Shown here piece by piece: positions 37,628 to 51,356 of a stretch of 64,000 nt of DNA (the stretch's first letter is position 1; every line of letters starts with the position of its first letter). The position numbers and the translations under genes were made by a program. The stretch comes from Eledone cirrhosa. Lineage: Eukaryota. The notes under the pieces were generated by a model. It worked only from the letters and a program-made list of their open reading frames with translations, made no database searches and was not told the origin of the DNA. The stretch spans positions 69,006,001 to 69,070,000 of the forward strand of contig OZ024740.1 of NCBI GenBank assembly GCA_964016885.1. Direction: 5' to 3'.

Positions 37628-39772
37628 TTGTTCTTTGAGTCTCAGTCATTGATGTTAGTTAACTGGAAAGTTTGTTGAAATGAATATCAAGCCACTACCT
37701 GCAGCCTCAGATATTCAGGACGTATCGGAGGGTTCTTGCTGTTCCCAGCAAGCATGCCTTTTGAAGCGTTCCAAAAAGCGTGAAGGGGCCAATTATCTTT
37801 AACCATCCCTATTTGAGATAGTACCTAGTGCGCCTATGACAATCGGAACCACTTTGACTTCATGGCAGTTCCAAATCCTTTTTACCTCCCACTTTAAGTC
37901 CTGGTATTGCTTAATGGTCTCCCTCTCCTTCTCTCGCACTCTCGTGTCGAATGGGCAGGCCACATCCACAATCATGCACGAACTTTTTTCCTTGTCCAAA
38001 ACCACCAGATCACATCTATTGTATTCCAGTTTCTTGTCCGTCTGTATCCTAAAATCCCACAGCACCTTCACCTGATCGTTTTCTATCAACGACTCTGGCT
38101 TATGCTCATACCACTTCTCAGAATGTGGTAAATTTTTTACTTTGCATAGGTGCCAGTGGATCACCCTGCCAATGACATCATGTCTCCAGCCCTTATAGTG
38201 ATCCTGGGCTAGGTGTTTACACTCGGATACAATGTGAGCCACAGTCTCCTCTCTCTCTCTCCATAGATCCTACACAGTGGGCTAGCCTCATCCTTGTAAA
38301 TATGGTGTTTCAACTACTTCGTTTTGAGGGCCTGCTCTTGCGCAGCTATTAGCATTCCTTCTGTAGCCTTTTTAAGGTCTCCTCTTTTCAACCAGTCCCA
38401 TGTCTGTGGATCTCTGAATTCAGTTTTCTCAAAGAAGGTACTATGAAGGGATTTTTAATGAAGGCTGCTCTTTCTACTTGTTGTCATTTCCTCCTTGGAC
38501 ATCCCCTGGTCTATTGTCCTCTCCTTCAGTACAATTCTGAGCATTGGCTTCTTACTATCGGTCACGTATTTGTGTAGGTTGTTTTTCTCCATCTGAACAC
38601 AGTCCTCTATGCTGATAAGAATTGTTCCCCCTTCAGATCTCCTTAAGTAGAGTCTATCGACATCACTCCTCTTGTGGAACATGTTGTAGATAATCAATAG
38701 CTTCCTAGTCTTCCTATCCATTTCTTTTTGTTCAGCAACATTCCATCCAGAATTCCCGTACTGTACCTAATAATAGACACAGCTCGGGAATTTACTGCAC
38801 GTATGGCATTCCTACTGTTCAGATGTGATTTTAATACGCACCTTACTTTCCGAATGTAGTCATATCTCATCAATTCCTTCATTTTTTGTTCTTGATGTCA
38901 TCAGCCTCCAGAAACCCAAATACTTGTATCCTTCTTCAGTATCAATTTCCTGTATCATCTCACCTGTTGGTACCTGGAGTGCGTTGCTTCTGCTCTATTT
39001 ACCGCTCTTCATCACAAGGACTCCACACTTACTAATACCAGATTGCATACATATATCATTGCTGAAAATACGGACAGTATCAACAAGCACATCCAACTCC
39101 TTCTCACTCTTGCCGAAGAGCTTAAGATCGTCCATGAAGAGGAGGTGATTGATGGTAAGCTCTCCCTTTCCCAACTTTTATCCTGCGCTCACTTTTCGCA
39201 GTATAATGGTCAGGGGCATCAGGGCAAGGACAAACAACAGAGGGGAGAGACTATCTCACTGGAAGATACCTCTCTTCATCTTCACGCCTCCCAAGGATTA
39301 TCCAGCTGATGTTAACTCTGTTTTCCAGGACTTCATACTTTTGTCCAACAACTGTCTGATGTTATCTGCCACCTTGAAGATCTCTAGGCTTTTTGTGATC
39401 CAAGAATGAGGCACCATGTCAAATGCCTTTTTTTAGCCTATCCATTCCATGGCAAGACCAGTGTGTCTCCTCTTGCAATTCCTCATTACCATATTATCAA
39501 TAAGTAACTGTTCCTTTCGGCATCCTTTCTCTTCGTCCGGTAACAAGTTGTTTGTGTGGAGGTGATGGTAGATTTCCTCAGACATAATGCTTGTCAACGG
39601 TTTCCACATTACGGACAGACATGTGATAGGTCTATAGTTGGTAACATCATACCCTTAATTCGGTCTTTCATTACCAGAACTGTGGTACCTTTTATCAACC
39701 ACTCTGGTACCTCACCTGACATCAAGCAGTCATTGAACATGGTTGTCAGTTTCCGGTGGAGGGATGTTATAT
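37628..39772 (-). mobile_element. Dong family A copy, 3' end intact, 5' part missing
   Basis: AHIVSEC..RHD..LWDFRIQTD..IVDVACPFD; (AAT)n tail at 37617-37630. Confidence 0.9.
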
Positions 39773-42700
39773 GGAAGACTCACAGCCACACGAAGCCTTC
39801 CTCACAAACTAACACCTCACACCAACACCACCATTGTAAATATTACTACGTTTGCCAACACTAAAAATATAAGCAGTAGCAATAATTTAAATTTGTCTCA
39901 TGCAGACATGCATTTCCCGCCATTACAAATAACTGCATGTGTTAAAGCCGCCACCCCCACATCCACCACCACAGCGACAACCGAAAACAAAAAAATTAAA
40001 TTATTAACTCGTGATATCGAAATGGTTTCACCCAGAATCGACTCTTCCACACCGAACACCACTGACGCTACCACCACCAGAACTGCAACTAAAAATAACA
40101 ATAACAAAAATAACAATAACAACAACAGCAACAAAAACAATGAGAATAACAACAAAACATCAACACCTGCGCAAATGTGTGGTTTGCCAAAGCAGCCAAT
40201 AAAACGAAACAATCCAGGTAAGCCAGGATGAATTAAATGAAGCCAAGAGAATGGTAAAAAAAGATGGGAACAGGGTCGGCATCACCCCACTCCCCATGCC
40301 ACCTAATAAAATGGAGCTTCGGCGCCTATGCACTGTGTCTTATCTGACGACTAGCATAAAATCGCGCCGAGTGGAACGGGCATCCCAGAGCCAAATCCAA
40401 AAAGCTTTGTGACATGTGTGGGAGAGAAAAACCCACATCAGACGTGGGCAGAGATATGGTACCGTGAACGTGTTCTTTGAACACCACAGGAGGCCAGAGA
40501 ACACTCTATGTCCCCATTAATAAGTGACGACTTCACACTCGTCCCAAGCTATTGTAGCCAGAGTCTCGTCAAGATCAGGGTTACCCACGTTCCACCGGCC
40601 ATCGACATTCCCTGGCTAATGTTTGCCGTCCTCGCCGGCATCGAGGCCAACACCGAGATAATCGAAATAGCGAAAGAAAAGCAGGAGAACTTGTTCGCAT
40701 CTGGGATGGAGCTCCTGATGCAAGCGGACCAAAAAAGCATTGAGGAGATCCCAGCGTTGATAGAGCTCACTGACGGCAGCCACCTCACCGTAATCGTCGA
40801 GGGCAGAAGACCTAGGTGTGTCGTTTGTGGTGACGGAACCCACCTAAGGCTTTCTGCCCTCAGGCTAAAAGGTTGAGGCCACCTCTCTTACCCATCCCAG
40901 TGACTCAACCATCAACACCAGCAGCAGAGATGGCAACAACTCTAGCAGCAACAACAGAAGCAACTGTAACAGCAACAACCAAAGCAAAAGTAGCAAAAGC
41001 AACACCACCGCCACCCAACGCGGCAGAACTATCCCCAGCAACTACACCATCCACCACGCCATAACCAAAACAAACGCCTGTGAAGGATTTTCCAATCCCC
41101 GAACTATCGCAACTGGAAACAGATTGTGACGACGAGGAGTGGGAAACGGTATCAGGAAAAAAGAAAAAAAGAAACCAAAAAAGAAAAAAATTCTCTTCCT
41201 TCCCCCTCCAAAAACAAAATACAGAGGGAACAAATAAACTATCAAACAAAAGAGTTCGGACAGCTATGCCACCATCCACACCATCATCACCAACCCCATC
41301 ACCACAAACACCAACACCATCACCATCATTAACCCCAACACCACCATCACCTACACAACCAATTTGAACAACAAACAATTATTACACTACATGCAACACA
41401 ACACTAGCATCACAGAAAAAAACTACACAACAACCCCAAAGTTCACACCACCTCCACACATACAAATCACTCGCATCAAACAGAAAACGTACACACTAAA
41501 ACAAAAATTACCCAAAGACATCGGAGACTTCCGACAAACACTCTCCAGGAGGATTTATAAGGACATCCTTCCGGAGGAGGCCACAAGCAGTAAAAAGGAT
41601 GGACAAACCATCCTTCCTCTAAGAGAAGTAAGGTAAGTGGTATTTCCCATCTTTTCCACTCCATTTCAACATGACCACACTCAGAATAGGTGGCATAAAC
41701 GCGCGTGGCTTGGGGTCGGCATGGGAGCAGAGCCACCTGCTCAACGACCTCAGTTCACTAAACATAGATGTAGTGGCCATCAGCGAGACCAGAATCTCAG
41801 AAGCACGGGCCTTCGCACCGATATTCGGCGACTACGATGTGTACGCATCTCCCAGCCGTCCAGGATCGCGGGAGGGGTTGCTGTGCTTTTTCGGAGAGGT
41901 TTGGATGTCGCCATACGGGCCATCTTCTTGGACCCAGAAGGTAAGTTGGTGATGCTGGATGTGACCAGCGGAGACGGGCAAGCTTTCAGGCTAGTGGCAG
42001 TCTATTCCCCGACAGGAGCAAGGAGGCCTGATTTCTTCCGGCGTCTGGAGACCTTTCTTGAGACGCTTTTTAGTGTTAGTGGGCGACTGGAACGGGATCT
42101 TAGATGCACGCTGGGACTGTGTGGCATAAGCGGATAGGGGAGGAGGGTGCAAGAGCCTCACCAACCTGCTCAGGCGTTTTGAACTGTCTGACATGTACCG
42201 ATTGGATTTCCCGAATGTGCCAATTTGAACTTGGACAAATCGCATAGGTTCATCCAGATCATATATAGATAGATTATGTTGTAGGGAAATAGATAGGTCT
42301 AGCATAAGCTGTCCACAATTCAAGATAGTCAGCTACACGGACCACAAATTCGTGATCTGTGTGCTTGATTTAGATAGGCTTCATAGACGAGGACCCGGCT
42401 ACTGGAAGCTAAACGCGTCCTTACCAGCGCGCAAGGCTTACAGAGACCGGATTAGCGAACTAGTTAAGCGGGCGTTGACGGGGGCCATCGTCACAACAAG
42501 TGGTGGTTTGCTCTGAAAAGAGCAATTAGAATAGAGTCCATTAGGTTTAGTAAGGCTTTAGCAATAGAGAAAAATAGAGCAGAGGGAGAATTAGTTAGAA
42601 AATTAGACGAGGCGCTTAGCAAAGGCATCGCGACCGACGTACTTGCGGCGAAATTGGCCCTTGACCAATTATTCAATGCAAAGTACGAATGCTGCGTTGT

Positions 42701-45329
42701 CAGAGCTAGGGTGCGTGCTCTCAGACACGAGGGGACGAAAGCCGTTCAATGGGTACGAGTGGCGGAAGCGCGTCGTGGCAACAAAGCCACGATCCTGTCT
42801 TTGGTGGACCACGACGGGCGCATGCTATTCGATCCCGGGAAAATGTGTGAAGCTTTTCAGCGACACTCGCACAGCTGTTCGGGGGCAGCGGCGGGCCGGA
42901 TCGAGGGATGAACTTTAGAGTCTATCTCGACGGACTGCCGCGGCTCTCGGCCACTGGGGCGGAGTGTTGCAAAAAGCCGATAACAGCCGCTGAAGTACGG
43001 GAGGCAATGACTGGCTGCACAACGGGTAAATCGCCTTGTTTGGATGGTCTGCCCTATGAACTTTACGTACAGATGCCAGACTTGTTCGGAGGTCTCTTGG
43101 CGGACGTCTACTGCAACTGGCAACAGAACGGGAAAATTCCCAGCTCTATGAGCCGAGCTGTGGCGCTGCTGAGAAAGGATCCGAACAAGGGGGATAACAT
43201 AGATAATTTTAGGCCCTTAACTCTGCTAAACACAGAGTTCAAGATTTTGGCCAAGATATTAGCAAAGAGGTTGGCGCTTGTCGTTGGTGGTCTGGTGGGA
43301 GTGTCGCAGACATGCGCCATTTCCGACAGATCCATCCACGACAACCTCCACCTCATGCTATACATCGTAGAGAAGGTAGCTAGGGAACCTGGCACGGGTG
43401 GGTTCTTGATCAATTTAGATCAGTCGAAATCTTTCGATAGGGTCGACCATCGTTACCTAGCTGCAGTCCTGAGGGCGGCTGGCTTTCGGCCCGTCTTCAG
43501 CGGCTGGATCGCTGCCATGCACAGCGACATCTGCTCTGTGGTTAGAGTGAACGGTCACCTTTCTGAACCGTTCAACCTCATGCGCTCAGTCCGCCAAGGA
43601 TGTCCCCTCTCGTCCCTCTTGTACGTATTGACTCTCGAGCCATTACTGCACAAACTGGAGACGTTGAGGGGGGTCCCGCGCGAACTAGGATGCCTAAGAT
43701 CCGTGTCAGCATATGCGGACGTTGTCACCGTAGTGGTGTCGGACGCCAAACACATCAAGGCGATCGGCACTACACTAAGAGAATACGAAGCGGTGACAGG
43801 AGCAATGATCAACCAGGAAAATCAGTGGGCCTGCAGCTCGGCACCTGGAGAGGCAGGTCCATGCCGTCCAACAGCATCGTCGAGCGCTGGACTGACGGAC
43901 CGATTAAATTGCTCTGTGTCTGGTTCGGTCCGGACCTCCAGACGGACAAATCTGGGACGAGGTGACGAGCAGGGTGGCTTCTCTCACGCAGAAATGGGCC
44001 GAGAGGAAGCTTTCCCTGAAAGGTCGAGCGGAGGTGGCTGACGCGTATATCGCGTCCGTCATCTACTACCGCCTGACCGTCGTACCTTGTCCCAAGTTCC
44101 GGCTGACTGCGCTGGAGCGTTTGCTCTTTCGCTTTTTATTGAAGGGATGCGCTCCGATGGTCAGGGGATCCATCTGCTGTCAACACCCGCTACGCGGAGG
44201 GCTGGGAGTGCTGTGGCTGATGATGTGCAGACACGCGCTCAGGCTATGACATCTCCACCTCTTCCACGACGGTGATCAGGTGTGGTCGCCGTTTGCTAGA
44301 CACGTCTTTCCGCAGCTCGTCTCCTTGACGGAGCTGCAGTCCTGGATCAAGGGAAGATCGAGAGGGAGCGCTTGGAGACTGGAATGTCTTCAGGCGCTTA
44401 CAGCCCTCGACCAATCGGGCAATGTGATCGGTTGAAACTCTACATTTGCGTTCTATAGAGGATTAGTGGAGGAGAAGAGCGACGACGTACTACTTGGAGA
44501 AACACTAGGCGTCGACGAAAATCAACTAGCCAATCTCTTCGGAAGGACTTTCGGGCCGGGGCCTATGGACAACTTCCAGAAATCCCTGGCCTGGCAGTGC
44601 TACCGAGGAGCTTTGCCAGTTCGGGATAAACTCTACAGGCATGGAGGTGTCGTCAGCCGGGCATGTCCGAGATGCGCGCAGGGCGACGATTCCGTCCTGC
44701 ACGCACTCGTCCAGTGTCCAAGTATTGCTGACTTTTGGGTTTATGTCGAACACCTGCTGTCACGTGTAGGACGGATCCAGCTATCAGCTGAGTTCATCGT
44801 GAGGATTGCCCCGCCCTCTTCCTTTAGTCGGGAAGGGCAGGCAGTTTTTATCTGTCTGGTGGCCATGGCGAAAGAGATAGTTTGGTGGACACGTTTGAAA
44901 GGGCTGAAGACGAGCACTTACCCCTTCGGTGATGCCCTGATTAACTTTTTCAAATTTCATCTGAAATGGAAAATCAGGGTAGAGAGGGAAGTGCTCTCTT
45001 CCCAGCATTTTGTTGAAAGATGGGTGAGAGAAGCAAGTATGGTCCGAATGAATGGGCCTTCTCTGAGTATGTGTCTGTAAATTAAAGGTGGAAAACTGGG
45101 AGAGGGCACTTGCCCTGGTGGTCAGGGCCACTGTGGCCTTTTAATGGGCTTTCTCCCCAAATGTCCCTCGGAAGACTCCCCCCTATTGGGGAATTTTTCA
45201 TTGTTATTTTTTTTATTACATCCTCTTGTTTTTTTACACGCAGAAATGCCCATTTGTACCGTCCTGTATTGCCCTGTACTTTCCTTAGGGTCTACTTTAT
45301 GTAAACCCTTGTGGTTAATAAAGAAAGCA
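39771..45329 (+). mobile_element. Tx1 family B copy from the ORF1 start to the 3' end, with (TTA)n tail
   Basis: ORF1 remnants (RPRCVVCGDGTHLR); ORF2 MTTLRIGGINAR at 41671; RT 42908-44041 with YAD(V); CCHC; AATAAA at 45317. Confidence 0.9.
41671..45080 (+). pseudogene. Tx1-B ORF2 (APE-RT-CCHC), disrupted
   Basis: SETR, GDWNG, DH, LDGLPYE, NFRPLTLLN, DQSKSFDRV, VRQGCPLS, CPRCAQGDDSVLHALVQC. Confidence 0.9.
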
Positions 45330-45332
45330 TTA

Positions 45333-45371
<39 letters not shown>

Positions 45372-45373
<2 letters not shown>

Positions 45374-45558
45374 TTGGAAGAGGGAAAAGTCGATTAAATC
45401 GATCCCAGTGAGTGACTGGTACTTTATTTTATCGACCCCGTAAGGCTGAAAGGCAAAGCTTATCTCGGCGGGATTTGAACTCAGAACGTAAAGGACCTCA
45501 ACTTCATGCAGCAAAGCATGGTGTCTGACGCTCTACTTATACTGCCAATCCACTGCTT
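45372..45558 (-). mobile_element. tRNA-derived SINE, subfamily with gtcgattaaatcga hairpin, 3' tip missing
   Basis: A/B boxes and core on the minus strand. Confidence 0.85.
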
Positions 45559-47318
45559 AAGAACAATAAAAATAAATAAACAAATTAATCAATTTTGGTT
45601 GGCAATATGAAACGTCGTTTATCTATCGTCTAATCTACCTTGTTCGATGCTATGTTGCTATAATTGCCTTCATTTTACTATACTCATGTTTATTTCATAT
45701 TCTTTGAAGGAGGTTTCTATGTGGTCTCTAAGTCTGTTAGATATAGGCCAAATTTCGTCAAATCAGTCATTACGTATTGGAAAGGATAACGACATTAGAT
45801 AATATTGAACAAAGATATGAGATTGTCACATATCGAAGGACTCTGATCATATGTCTGCCCTATTAAGTTCGACTTGAGACTAATACTCATCTACAATAAT
45901 TTGTTTCACTATAGAACAATAAGCTTAGACTACTCAAACAGGAATTGAATACTGAAGAATAAGATTACCTCGCAGCAGGTGAATAATTTCCAATTTGATA
46001 CTATATCTTCATTATACAGACAAATAATGTTGCCACAGAAAACACTTAAAGAATGTTTCTATAGATTTAGTTCCCTTTGCAACAAAATGTTAATAGAGAA
46101 TTTGTATAAAACATTCTACTGATAACATTACTTAAATGTTGGCACTGAGTGTCACATTGCTCATCAATATAGTGAATTTTTTTCTATAATAATATGAAAT
46201 ATAATTATTATGTGTTTTCGACTTCCATAGATCGGTTCTAAATATCATTTGTGGAATCAGGCTCTAATTTCAGCCTAGAAATTGTTAGAAATTTATTCGG
46301 TGTCATCAAATCAGCAGAATATCAAGTGATTATTTCGTAATCCTGGAAATAAATAAAACTAAACTTGTGTGATGATCAATACAGAGGTTATTTTTGTGAA
46401 TGTCATGAGCCGTACCAAATAATCATTTTTCATCATTAGCTATTTTACTTCGTTTAAGCTCCAAATAGTTTTGAATCTCTATCGTAAGTTTGAGGCCATA
46501 TTTTAATTTAGGAAACCAATATAATTTTTTTTTAAAATTATATGAAGACAATAAAAAGTCTAAAGCTGGTTCCATTATCGGCAACAGCCGCAGCCTGCAT
46601 TTAATAATCCAACTCATATTCTGACGATTTGATGATACCGATTAAAGATCTAATAATATTTTATTTCTGCAATCAGAGCTGAATTGCATTAAACTAATTT
46701 AGTACCAATTCGTGAAAGCCGAAAATATAGAATAATAATTGTATTTGAAAAAATTCGAAATGAAATATTTTAAAACTGTACTCTAACTCTGTTAAGAAAT
46801 ATGACACGCAATTTTAACACTTAATAAATATGGAATTACAATGATTTGATTAAAGCATGACATAAACGAAAATATATCGTATTCATGCATGTAACTTTTC
46901 TACAATTCAGGAATAATTTATGTTATCTAATTATTCAACAAATACATTTTAATGAAATCAAAATCAACTCTCTCAAACTGTTTGGCCAAATCAAGCACTC
47001 AACTTGTGGTTTCTCTGGGAAGAGAAACCGAAAATTCTCCAATTGCATATGGAATGATTAAATCTAAAATACTCTAAATATCTGTTGCATATAGAACACT
47101 ATGTCATGTGAACGAATAATGATAAATAGAGGGGTTGTGTTTAAAGCACTCTGCTACAAGTAGAAATAATGATTTTCAGAATTCAAATAATGATGAAACC
47201 ATTCAAAAATATAATAGTTTTTACAATCTGCATATTTAAGATAATTGTAACACTCGCCTGCTTTTTCATATCAAAGCTCATTCACGTTTCAATGTTCACC
47301 AGTATGAATTTCCCGGAA

Positions 47319-47377
<59 letters not shown>

Positions 47378-47380
<3 letters not shown>

Positions 47381-47900
47381 TACACAATTATCAAAGTTAT
47401 GTTCAAATCATTTAATTGCTGACAAGCGTTTCTTCCAAACTTTCGTTTGGTGTCATCAGAGCATTATCAATGTTTGTACATATAATTAACCTCCTATTCA
47501 ACTGAACAATCATAGATACATATATATTGATGTTGTGAGCAACAGTTTCGTATTTACAGGGTGTAATGGATGCGACATATATGATACGAGAAATGTACAA
47601 ACATTCAAATTAAAATTAAAAGCACAGGGTAGAATACATGCAACAGATAATACCAGAGAATAGTCTAATAATTAAAGAGGCATTGAGGAAGAATGAGGAC
47701 ACTAGCAGTATATATGCAAGCGTGTAGAGATTGCACATGCCTTAGTCATATATATGAAAAGGAAACAAGCAAATGTATTAGGCATATATAAATAAATAAA
47801 TAAATACTGTATGGCAAAGCTATCACATAAAATACCAAGGAAATGTGTTAGTGTATTAAACATTTATGGCGGATGTAATGTGATGATAGTGTTCAATTTT
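47378..47900 (-). mobile_element. PLE terminal fragment, same family as 490-960
   Basis: colinear similarity; hammerhead motif; abuts (TA)n. Confidence 0.55.
47413..47466 (-). ncRNA. minimal hammerhead ribozyme motif
   Basis: Minus strand reads TAATGCT CTGATGA ca-CCAAAC-gaaa-GTTTGG-aa GAAAC-gctt-GTC^AGCAATTA; the base of stem II is mismatched. Confidence 0.6.
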
Positions 47901-48110
47901 GTGTGTTGATAAAATCAAAGTTATTGTTGTCTTTTCGATTACATATGTTAAATTATATTTTAGTTAATGTTTATATTGAATGTTTTTAGTTAGTTACAGC
48001 AATGGATAGTAAATTGATCTTATTGTATTCTTATTCATGGATTAGAGTTGTTCAACAGGTAGTTATTGTAATGGTTTAATTTATAGTATATACATAACTA
48101 TAAATAGTAT

Positions 48111-48310
48111 CCGGTGAATTGGCAGTATCGGTAGAGGGCTGGACGCCATGCTTTCTAGCATAGTTACGTCCCTTTACAGTCTGAGTTCAAATCCCGCCGA
48201 GGTTAACTTTGCCTTTCATCCTTACGGGGTCGATAAAATCAAGTAGCAGTAATGTACTGGGTAATTGCTGGCCTTGTTCCTAAAGTAGAAACAATTATTA
48301 TTATTATTAT
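48111..48310 (+). mobile_element. tRNA-derived SINE with (ATT)n tail
   Basis: TGGCAGTATCGG, GAGTTCAAATCCC, core, then ggccttgt..ctaaagtagaaacaattattatt. Confidence 0.9.
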
Positions 48311-48317
48311 ATAATAA

Positions 48318-48510
48318 GGGCGGTAGATTGGGAGTATAGGTAGAGAGACGGACGCCATGCTTTCTAGAATAGTTACTTCCGTTTACGATCTGAGTTCAAA
48401 TCCCGCCGAGGTTAACTTTGCCTTTCATCCTTACAGGCTCGATAAAATAAAGTACCAGTAATGTACTGAATAATTGCTGGCCTTGTGGCAAATGTAGAAA
48501 CAATTATTAT
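48318..48510 (+). mobile_element. second SINE in tandem
   Basis: same architecture, inserted directly after the tail of the first copy. Confidence 0.9.
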
Positions 48511-48527
48511 ATATATATATATATATA

Positions 48528-48994
48528 TATTGGTAAACGGAATAGAAAATGCTGACAAATTGTTCACAGTTGAAAAATGGTTTAATTAGGAATAAAAGAG
48601 TATTAGTGATTGTATGGGTTAGTATTCAGTTGTGGTTTTAAGTTTTTAAGTTTTTACCGGTTGCGCATTTCTAAATGCTTTTCAAAAATAATTTTGAGAT
48701 AGAGTGTCCGTGCTGTTTGCTCTGATCTGATTAGTTTTGGGAATTCTACCTGTTTTTATGTTAAAAAAATGGCTCCAGCGTTATTTTTGTGTTGTAAAAA
48801 TGCTTGTGGTCAAAACAATTTTGATTGGTCGGTAGAGGTCATGTGAATGTAAAAAGTTGATTTTGCGCCAAGACTGTTTTTATGTTAAAATGTTAGAAAA
48901 GTGGCTCCAGCAAAGATTATGGTCAAAACAATTTTGATTGGTCGGTAGAGGTCATGTGGATAAAAAATTGGTTTTGCGCCAAGATTGAGAAAAA

Positions 48995-49066
<72 letters not shown>

Positions 49067-49460
49067 GTGAATATCATTTCACACCTTTTATTGTTAAGAT
49101 TGTTGATGTTCTATTAAGAGAACCGATTTTACTGAAAAAATCGAATAATGTACACCATTTTACCAGGGGGGAAAAAAATACTGGTCCACCCACACACGCA
49201 CACACACACACACACACATATATACACAGACACATACACACGCGTACATCAACATACAAAGAGACTTATACACACACACACACACACACGCACTTCTCCG
49301 TATAAGACAAAAGCTGAAAAATATCTTTTGACCTTCGAATGACTCTGCTGTGTGTATGTACGCACACACACACACACACACACACACACTTATCTTAATA
49401 GCCATTTGACACACATCGCTGGTGGCTATTGTCGCAGCATCGAACACCTTATTACTACTA

Positions 49461-49524
<64 letters not shown>

Positions 49525-50044
49525 TTGTTGTGAAAGAGTCATTTCTCAATCTTGGCGCAAAACCAATTTTTTATCCACATGACCTCTACCGACCAATCAA
49601 AATTGTTTTGACCATAATCTTTGCTGGAGCCACTTTTCTAACATTTTAACATAAAAACAGTCTTGGCGCAAAATCAACTTTTTACATTCACATGACCTCT
49701 ACCGACCAATCAAAATTGTTTTGACCACAAGCATTTTTACAACACAAAAATAACGCTGGAGCCATTTTTTTAACATAAAAACAGGTAGAATTCCCAAAAC
49801 TAATCAGATCAGAGCAAACAGCACGGACACTCTATCTCAAAATTATTTTTGAAAAGCATTTAGAAATGCGCAACCGGTAAAAACTTAAAAACTTAAAACC
49901 ACAACTGAATACTAACCCATACAATCACTAATACTCTTTTATTCCTAATTAAACCATTTTTCAACTGTGAACAATTTGTCAGCATTTTCTATTCCGTTTA
50001 CCAATATATAATAACTTGTGTGTTACACCTCTATTCTTTTAACT
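48528..50044. mobile_element. inverted pair of PLE-type pseudo-LTRs (minus 48528-48985, plus 49549-50044) around a microsatellite-rich spacer
   Basis: ~455 bp essentially perfect inverted repeat, same family as 2762-3555; the ~35 nt tail is present only on the plus copy. Confidence 0.7.
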
Positions 50045-50106
50045 ATATATATATATATATACATGCATATATATATATATATGTACACGTATATATATGT
50101 ACATGA

Positions 50107-50158
<52 letters not shown>

Positions 50159-51268
50159 CTGTGTGTGTGCGTGTGCGTGTGTGTGTTTGTGCGTGTGTGT
50201 GTATTATATGCAGATGATATTTTCTCGTATGTTGTACACTAATGATCTCCTGCTCTTAAACACTTCCATGAAAGTAAAGTTACTGCTTGGCATGAATAAT
50301 TTTGACTATATATGCCGAAAATATTGTCAGTTTTATTTAATGAGCTAACTATTTCTCAAATAAATAGCATCAAAAGCACCCTGTCGTGCGGTGTTCTCAG
50401 CTTAGCATTAACGTTCTTCTTTCAAGTTTTCATTCCACTAATTGGGTTGTACCACAAGGATCGGTAATTCTCTCACTTCCAAGCGACTAAAATGATATCT
50501 TTGATTGAATGTACACTATTCGAATAACATCATAACGTACAATTTCGCCCATATTTTCAATCAAAATAAAGACCTCTTGAAACCTGTATCCTCTACACAA
50601 TTCTGCCACATACACCAATTATTAATCACACCTGCCTGAAATCAAACGCTATCAACATTTTTAAAAATAAGGATAATTTAGTTAACATAGTCGAGGATAC
50701 ACTATACACTAAAATAAAATTGAATTTTATCAGGTGAAATACATTAGCTTCTATGTGTTAATACCTGACATGGGGCTCAGCAACAGACAATTTGAATGTG
50801 TCCTGAAACAACTGGTCTGATTTTTGCAATGTCAAACAAGAGCTGTACTCACTACAAACTAAACCGTAACATATTTTATTGCAAATAGACATACGATATA
50901 TACAATTCCTTTATGAAGATATATCTTCCTTTCCAATGCTGCAAAATACATTCACTGTGAACCCGTACACACACAAACACACACACTGATAAACCCCCAC
51001 CCACCATATGTATATATATATATAGAGAGAGAGAGAGTTGTTGTAAGGTTGCAATAAATCCGTCCGTAGGTGTTATGCTGTTTGAGCAATCGATGGTCAC
51101 GCGGAGCAGAGTATATTATTATAGATAACGAGAAATCAGGGATACACTAAAACACAATGTATTAACATATTACATATGTTTCTCCGACGATCAGCTCAAG
51201 GTAGGATCTATTATAGATAGAATATACTACTGTACGCCTGTATAATTATATGTGTGTACGTATACATA

Positions 51269-51349
<81 letters not shown>

Positions 51350-51356
<7 letters not shown>

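Noticed and set aside
7700-45400. An intact, active retrotransposon, or CRISPR/prokaryotic systems
   Set aside because: Every copy has stops, frameshifts or deletions; there are no repeat-spacer arrays or operon-like genes.
48111-48200. tRNA genes at SINE heads
   Set aside because: A/B boxes are present but there is no cloverleaf; these are SINE promoters.
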